Shown here piece by piece: positions 62,701 through 64,000 of a DNA stretch of 64,000 nt. The DNA lies in NCBI GenBank assembly GCA_044892505.1, contig CM097882.1, forward strand, positions 119,040,001 through 119,104,000. The letters run 5' to 3'. The first letter of the stretch is position 1. Every line of letters starts with the position of its first letter. This DNA is from Schmidtea nova (lineage: Eukaryota). The position numbers and the translations under genes were made by a program. A model generated the notes under the pieces. It saw only the letters and a list, made by a program, of their open reading frames with translations. It was not told where the DNA came from and did no database searches.

Positions 62701-63727
62701 TCGAAAAGATCCACTCAATTAATCATCCGGGAAACAAAACAACATTCGAACTAATACATAATAATTATATATGGCCTGACATGAGGAAAGATATAAAAAA
62801 AAATTTCAAAAGTTGCCATAATCGCCAAATAAACAAAACAACAAAAAAAATCAAAACAGAAAAAGTAAACTTTCCAAGTAGTCAACCTTCCGAGATGATT
62901 CACATTGACATAGTAATTCAACTAATTTCATCAATTTCGTGAATTTTCTAGTTCTATTAAATTTGATAACCGAAACAAATCCATAATACCTGTGAGAAAC
63001 TTTTAAAGTAACTTTTGATTAATATATCTTATTTTGAGGTTACTAATTTGTTTTTGTTCGTTTTTAATCTTTTGTTTATTTATAATATCCTACCACAATA
63101 CATACGCACGCACGCAAACACACAAATACACAGCGGACACCCCGACTGTCCCAACATAAATCGGTGACTCTTTCGGACTCTATAAATCTCTATCACACAG
63201 CCCACTATAATTCTACATAAACATAATTTACAACACTTTCATTCTCAACATAAATACAAATATATANNNNNNNNNNNNNNNNNNNNNNNNNNNNNNNNNN
63301 NNNNNNNNNNNNNNNNNNNNNNNNNNNNNNNNNNNNNNNNNNNNNNNNNNNNNNNNNNNNNNNNNNNNNNNNNNNNNNNNNNNNNNNNNNNNNNNNNNNN
63401 NNNNNNNNNNNNNNNNNNNNNNNNNNNNNNNNNNNNNNNNNNNNNNNNNNNNNNNNNNNNNNNNNNNNNNNNNNNNNNNNNNNNNNNNNTGAGCTTAATT
63501 CGTTCCGGAAACGTACTTGTAATCCAAAGCACTCGTATATCAAAGCATACGTGTGTTGAGTAATTATGTAAAGCACACCGACTGAAACCGAACGTGACGG
63601 TTGGTAGACATGCGTTTACATGTTACTCGTATTAAAAAACCTAGCTCACTTATCAAGTTAAAATTTATTTTAAAAATTTGCTCGTCTTGCAAAATACTCA
63701 AAATCCAAAGTTTTACTGTATAAATCG
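5728..63727 (-). CDS. ROS1: ROS1/Sevenless-like receptor tyrosine kinase gene, partial (5' and 3' ends outside the window)
   Basis: GT-AG exon chain with matching phases encoding YWTD-like repeats (AVDPING, IDWLTNGLFWSE, MEIDFSTGNIFFIDG), FN3 domains, a TM helix and kinase subdomains I-VI. The YWTD+FN3+TK architecture is characteristic of ROS1/sev; orthology is inferred from architecture only. Confidence 0.72.
8620..8990. repeat. Dispersed repeat family (CTTCGARGGTATGACC motif), split by a gap
   Basis: Similar to the units at 15465-15970 (GTTTTCGACCC...CCTTCGA.GGTATGACCAT). Confidence 0.6.
9890..12555 (-). pseudogene. hAT transposase (acidic N-terminus, TTF-type zinc finger, DUF4371-like core, hATC dimerisation domain) with stops and frameshifts
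   Basis: RSWLLYS..AAYCFYCLLF, LALRGH..GNFLSLL, QNEFI, LLDSTPD, CYDNASVMTG, ETRWNARVEA, SIASCERSFSKHKLILSYLRASMGQDRLSDLALLSVE; in-frame TAA at 11479-81 and further breaks downstream. Confidence 0.92.
13020..13610. repeat. Diverged tandem duplication (~300 bp x2) inside the hAT
   Basis: Shared blocks GTTCAGCAGGCCATG, GTGTGCTGCACA.ACGTTCTAGATAGCA, GATGTGAAATGACTGG, GAAGGGGTCACCAAGT and CTTGCCTGAGC at about 13090-13250 and 13388-13550. Confidence 0.88.
13900..14100 (+). mobile_element. Possible very old LINE RT remnant
   Basis: CLYLSRPFDRTRE (cf. FLDLSKAFD) and VNDFVYL (cf. V..F.YLG); short and degenerate. Confidence 0.3.
15465..15970. repeat. Internally repetitive element with CTTCGAGGGTATGACC and TTGACCTT motifs (non-autonomous, family unassigned)
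   Basis: Several ~110-120 bp related units; related sequence at 8620-8990. Confidence 0.6.
18097..18911 (-). CDS. RTK extracellular exons (18661-18911, 18325-18620, 18097-18274)
   Basis: GT-AG introns of 40 and 50 nt with consistent phases; FN3-like INDLRPGVFYQFNIT; the phase-1 end joins the exon at 6927 and the phase-2 start joins the exon ending at 25189 (IDTIER-KLYIN). Confidence 0.85.
19205..21572 (+). mobile_element. Penelope-like element (5'-truncated, about 20280-21572) preceded by an inverted copy of its 3' ~925 bp (19205-20130)
   Basis: YKRYVNDIF, NIKFTFEEE, FLDLL and VYRFTCNGCNATYIGETARHLCTRVQE on the plus strand; 19205-20130 is the imperfect reverse complement of 20642-21572. Confidence 0.92.
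22290..22530 (-). pseudogene. Protein-primed PolB extreme C-terminus (inverted copy)
   Basis: Minus-strand NHKLYSFKTT*VSLTNNDDKRV*VGTNKCLPYGHYMI, matching the recalled H.LY...K..L...DDKR....LPYGHY end of Polinton-type PolB. Confidence 0.8.
22680..23140 (+). pseudogene. Protein-primed PolB C-terminal fragments
   Basis: KLVTCASKPKFQ..LDKPSYTGQSVLDLYKLRMYQLQY (22685-22870) and DEIKGEGYKEWIFIRPKFYS..MKAKGITLK (22913-23020), corresponding to the KP.Y.G..+L.LSK..MY and KDE..G..EF..LRPKMYS..KAKG motifs. Confidence 0.8.
25189..25998 (-). CDS. RTK extracellular exons (25647 into the gap at 25999, 25424-25575, 25189-25379)
   Basis: Open frames with GT-AG introns of 71 and 44 nt; YWTD-like KLEIDWLTNGLFWSE and WSIDTIE; strong GTGAGT and GTAAGT donors. 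Confidence 0.85.
27158..28042 (-). mobile_element. Mariner transposon, internally deleted (885 bp)
   Basis: 21-bp perfect TIR TAGGTTGTCCGGAATGAAATG, TA on both flanks; transposase remnants TCDEKWI, ILHYNARP and HPPYSPDLSPTDFHLF. Confidence 0.95.
28080..28230 (+). mobile_element. Penelope GIY-YIG remnant
   Basis: FKCHGRNATY(F)G...; DNA similar to 3330-3400 (minus) and 21110-21180. Confidence 0.6.
28376..28727. mobile_element. hAT-type MITE
   Basis: TIR TAGGGCTTCTTAAA / CAGGGCTTCTTAAA; repeated GGGTC subterminal motifs; TSD only approximate (GAATAGT on both sides with an offset). Confidence 0.75.
28817..28880. repeat. (AAT)n microsatellite
   Basis: About 21 pure AAT units immediately beside the donor of exon 28885-29020. 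Confidence 0.97.
28885..29781 (-). CDS. RTK FN3-region exons (29491-29633, 29069-29235, 28885-29020; probable 29671-29781)
   Basis: LDDIILSWRSENENFRISYLVAV; phase-consistent GT-AG introns; GTAAG donors. The most upstream exon is less certain. Confidence 0.75.
30360..31490 (-). CDS. Probable further RTK exons, splice structure unresolved
   Basis: Propeller/FN3-like peptides QKIKYSIYCLEND, RVKSFAVHY, PREIKEIVIKDQWGLA and FTSLIESVDG; I could not build a clean stop-free path. Confidence 0.4.
31620..31979 (-). CDS. RTK extracellular exon
   Basis: TTTTCAG acceptor, 120 open codons IYRYRINEREIYTI...GIYYTDLNG...; the 3' boundary is uncertain. Confidence 0.72.
32700..33140 (-). mobile_element. pogo/Tigger-like transposase relic (internally deleted)
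   Basis: IIKFTKEHGNIAEMRKFEFPESAI (N-terminal HTH), IQPLDVHIN*PFK, VCRWFIKAW and ISNPLDG. Confidence 0.72.
33870..34070 (+). mobile_element. Penelope 3' end remnant
   Basis: RIKEHF...RINEAILIRDKHTKINTEE resembles the C-terminal GIY-YIG end of PLE ORFs. Confidence 0.5.
34598..35535. repeat. Near-identical ~250-bp direct duplication (34697-34949 / 35270-35521) plus a ~100-bp inverted copy (34598-34697); diverged inverted copy at 33520-33730
   Basis: Direct visual alignment of the sequences. Confidence 0.9.
35620..35777. repeat. Perfect palindrome (69-bp arms, 20-nt loop) of the dispersed family
   Basis: 35620-35688 is the exact reverse complement of 35709-35777; the right arm runs into a gap. 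Confidence 0.95.
36106..36345 (+). CDS. Candidate small secreted protein (79 aa), nested antisense in an RTK intron
   Basis: ATG start; N-terminus MLSFVYLLLLLFCVSSVSG is signal-peptide-like; non-repetitive composition; ATTAAA downstream of the stop. No homology recognised. Confidence 0.4.
   Translation: MLSFVYLLLLLFCVSSVSGYEISPTKKFYVTYSVYSPQVKFVTDVTSADLDTFIDLAYSSSSDAYGNIHYKYNRKNVVK
36810..37582. repeat. Minisatellite, ~21-bp GTTAGTTGGTTAATGAGAAGA units with higher-order variants
   Basis: Multiple exact tandem copies around 37290-37390; the plus strand is nearly C-free. Confidence 0.93.
37590..38450. repeat. Compound repeat: ~125-bp units plus 28-bp TACAAAAATACCAGACCAAAATTCCATG units
   Basis: Recurring CAGAGTCCCTTTTT and GAAAATCCTATTCAAAA blocks; diverged related sequence at 42000-42480. 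Confidence 0.88.
38690..39620 (+). mobile_element. Gypsy integrase fragment related to the 51.9-56.4 kb family
   Basis: HSLLCHARTQKV..CITCQKTK, GPM, IIDHYSKY, LHVDCGKSF and RFEGP; many disablements. Confidence 0.85.
41226..41603. repeat. 189-bp tandem duplication within a probable non-autonomous (DINE/HINE-like) element
   Basis: Two nearly identical units starting at 41226 and 41415; CTTCAAATTTTGCACAC core. Confidence 0.8.
42799..43329 (+). mobile_element. Non-autonomous hAT (531 bp) retaining an hATC dimerisation-domain fragment
   Basis: 8-bp TSD ATCAATAG (42791-98 and 43330-37); TIR CAGCGCCATACT / CAGCGCCGTGCT; CERSFSKLKLIENYLRSTMSQERLPGLAIL. Confidence 0.93.
44530..44985 (-). mobile_element. 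hAT transposase C-terminal relic (KIAA1586/ZNF862-like)
   Basis: HWPGNID..YGDVEI, IRGFREY, IALSTIQISSSEAER and SSLLFIRLVGPRLTRFDPTRYVYLW across frameshifts. Confidence 0.68.
45571..46164 (+). pseudogene. Intronless HEAT-repeat pseudogene fragment, PP4R1 (PPP4R1)-like N-terminus
   Basis: One frame with stops at 45739 and 45826: MNSAVLNEDY..KFKCEDYFYRKQ..CNDS*VSLRTDLAESL..VPCVMAFFHDANKEVRLAS, which aligns by eye with recalled PP4R1 segments (KYAASENIFNRQ, DDSEPTVRAELMEQ, LPIVVRYLADQNNQVRKTS). Confidence 0.55.
46689..46855 (-). CDS. RTK YWTD-like exon
   Basis: TTTCAG acceptor; MEIDFSTGNIFFIDGFNHW; phases fit the exons ending at 48633 and starting at 31979; the exact donor is uncertain. Confidence 0.75.
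46965..47143. repeat. Older, imperfect palindrome of the dispersed family
   Basis: Outer TAATTTTCATAATTGTACGACTATA pairs perfectly with TATAGTCGTACAATTATGAAAATTA; inner arms carry mismatches. Confidence 0.9.
47366..47713. mobile_element. hAT-type MITE (348 bp)
   Basis: Perfect 15-bp TIR CAGCGGTCGGGGAAC and perfect 8-bp TSD GATTAAAG. Confidence 0.96.
48633..48890 (-). CDS. RTK FN3 exon
   Basis: RWKLFSYTLQL..FYHLQPNSKYEVNVSI; GTAAG phase-1 donor; acceptor at 48891 chosen by phase. Confidence 0.82.
49796..49941 (+). rRNA. Orphan 5.8S rRNA-derived sequence (probably a pseudogene)
   Basis: TGGATCA..GTCGATGAAGAA..AATTAATGTGAAATGCA..TGATCATTGACACTTTGAACGCAAATGGC..CCACGTCTGTCTGAGGGTCG is collinear with eukaryotic 5.8S; about 9 nt shorter than canonical between GGATCA and GTCGATGAAG; no 18S or 28S seen nearby. 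Confidence 0.9.
50190..50590 (-). CDS. RTK extracellular exon
   Basis: TTCAG acceptor, 133 open codons; joins the upstream exon as AVDPING-LIHIL; donor less certain. Confidence 0.75.
51871..56435 (-). mobile_element. Ty3/gypsy LTR retrotransposon, full-length but degenerate (~4.56 kb)
   Basis: LTRs 51871-52153 and about 56189-56435; PPT AAGAAGGGGGATA; PBS-like TGATGGCAACGGT; gag with two CCHC knuckles; CLLDTG protease; RT (LDFRRLN, MPFG, YFDD); RNase H (LDTDAS); integrase (HGLLCH..CEICQK, VDCG, GPY/F-like RYEGP). Confidence 0.95.
56860..57179 (-). CDS. RTK YWTD-like exons (57004-57179, 56860-56954)
   Basis: KLDFDWLNELLLIL and NIDAAVDPING; 49-nt GT-AG intron; phases consistent with neighbouring exons. 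Confidence 0.82.
58370..58540. mobile_element. DINE/HINE-like non-autonomous element core
   Basis: GATCGGATCGATCTGAAATTTTG...AAATTTCAGCTCAATACG resembles recalled cores of Helentron-associated repeats; no termini identified. Confidence 0.4.
59402..63266 (+). mobile_element. CsRN1-like Ty3/gypsy element, degenerate, integrase truncated
   Basis: gag homologous to 422-1552 but frameshifted near 60020; FLIDTGS; RT (CGDYRLLN, IDLQRAYHQI, YLDD); RNase H (LTTDCS); integrase H-H-C region to MIHIDIV, then a break near 62925; LTR-like direct repeat 59402-59520 / 63141-63250; no PBS visible. Confidence 0.94.
63650..63727 (-). CDS. Probable RTK exon (most upstream one visible)
   Basis: TTAG acceptor, IYTVKLWILSILQDEQIFKINFNLI, GTGAG phase-1 donor compatible with the exon starting at 57179. 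Confidence 0.55.
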
Positions 63728-64000
63728 CTAACAAAACAATGAATTCATTTCATTAAATTATAAGTATACATTAATTACATGAAGCAAGAACTTCATTTAA
63801 CTTTTTGGTAAACAATTAAAAACAAAAACAATTCATTCTGAATCTGATTCTAATTCAATATTTTTCTGTTGCTCTTCTCCAAGTACAATTTTTCATACCA
63901 AGCTAAATTACTTTGCTAATTTTTGAGTTCTATAGGATCCGGATCAATCTCGACCAAAATTTCTATACTAGTTTACTAATTTTTATGCTTTAGAAATATG

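Overview
AT-rich animal genomic DNA with many assembly gaps; the organism cannot be assigned from the sequence alone. One large minus-strand gene runs through almost the whole window: a ROS1/Sevenless-like receptor tyrosine kinase (YWTD-type propeller repeats + FN3 domains + TM helix + first half of the kinase domain). I hand-spliced about 20 exons between 63727 and 5728; both ends of the gene lie outside the window. Introns are either tiny (about 37-71 nt) or large (1.3-15 kb). The large introns hold two CsRN1-like Ty3/gypsy copies with a -1 frameshift slippery site plus predicted pseudoknot, a third LTR-complete gypsy, several Penelope-like elements (one with a ~0.9 kb inverted duplication), a 4.2 kb hAT with perfect 8-bp TSD, hAT MITEs, mariner and pogo relics, minisatellites and a dispersed family of long palindromes. 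Most unusual: (i) a 1.67 kb fold-back relic of a Polinton/adintovirus-type protein-primed PolB element with the polB 3' end in both arms, (ii) an orphan 5.8S rRNA copy without 18S/28S, (iii) an intronless PP4R1-like pseudogene and (iv) a short signal-peptide ORF, all nested in introns. All translations and alignments were done by eye; no database searches were run.
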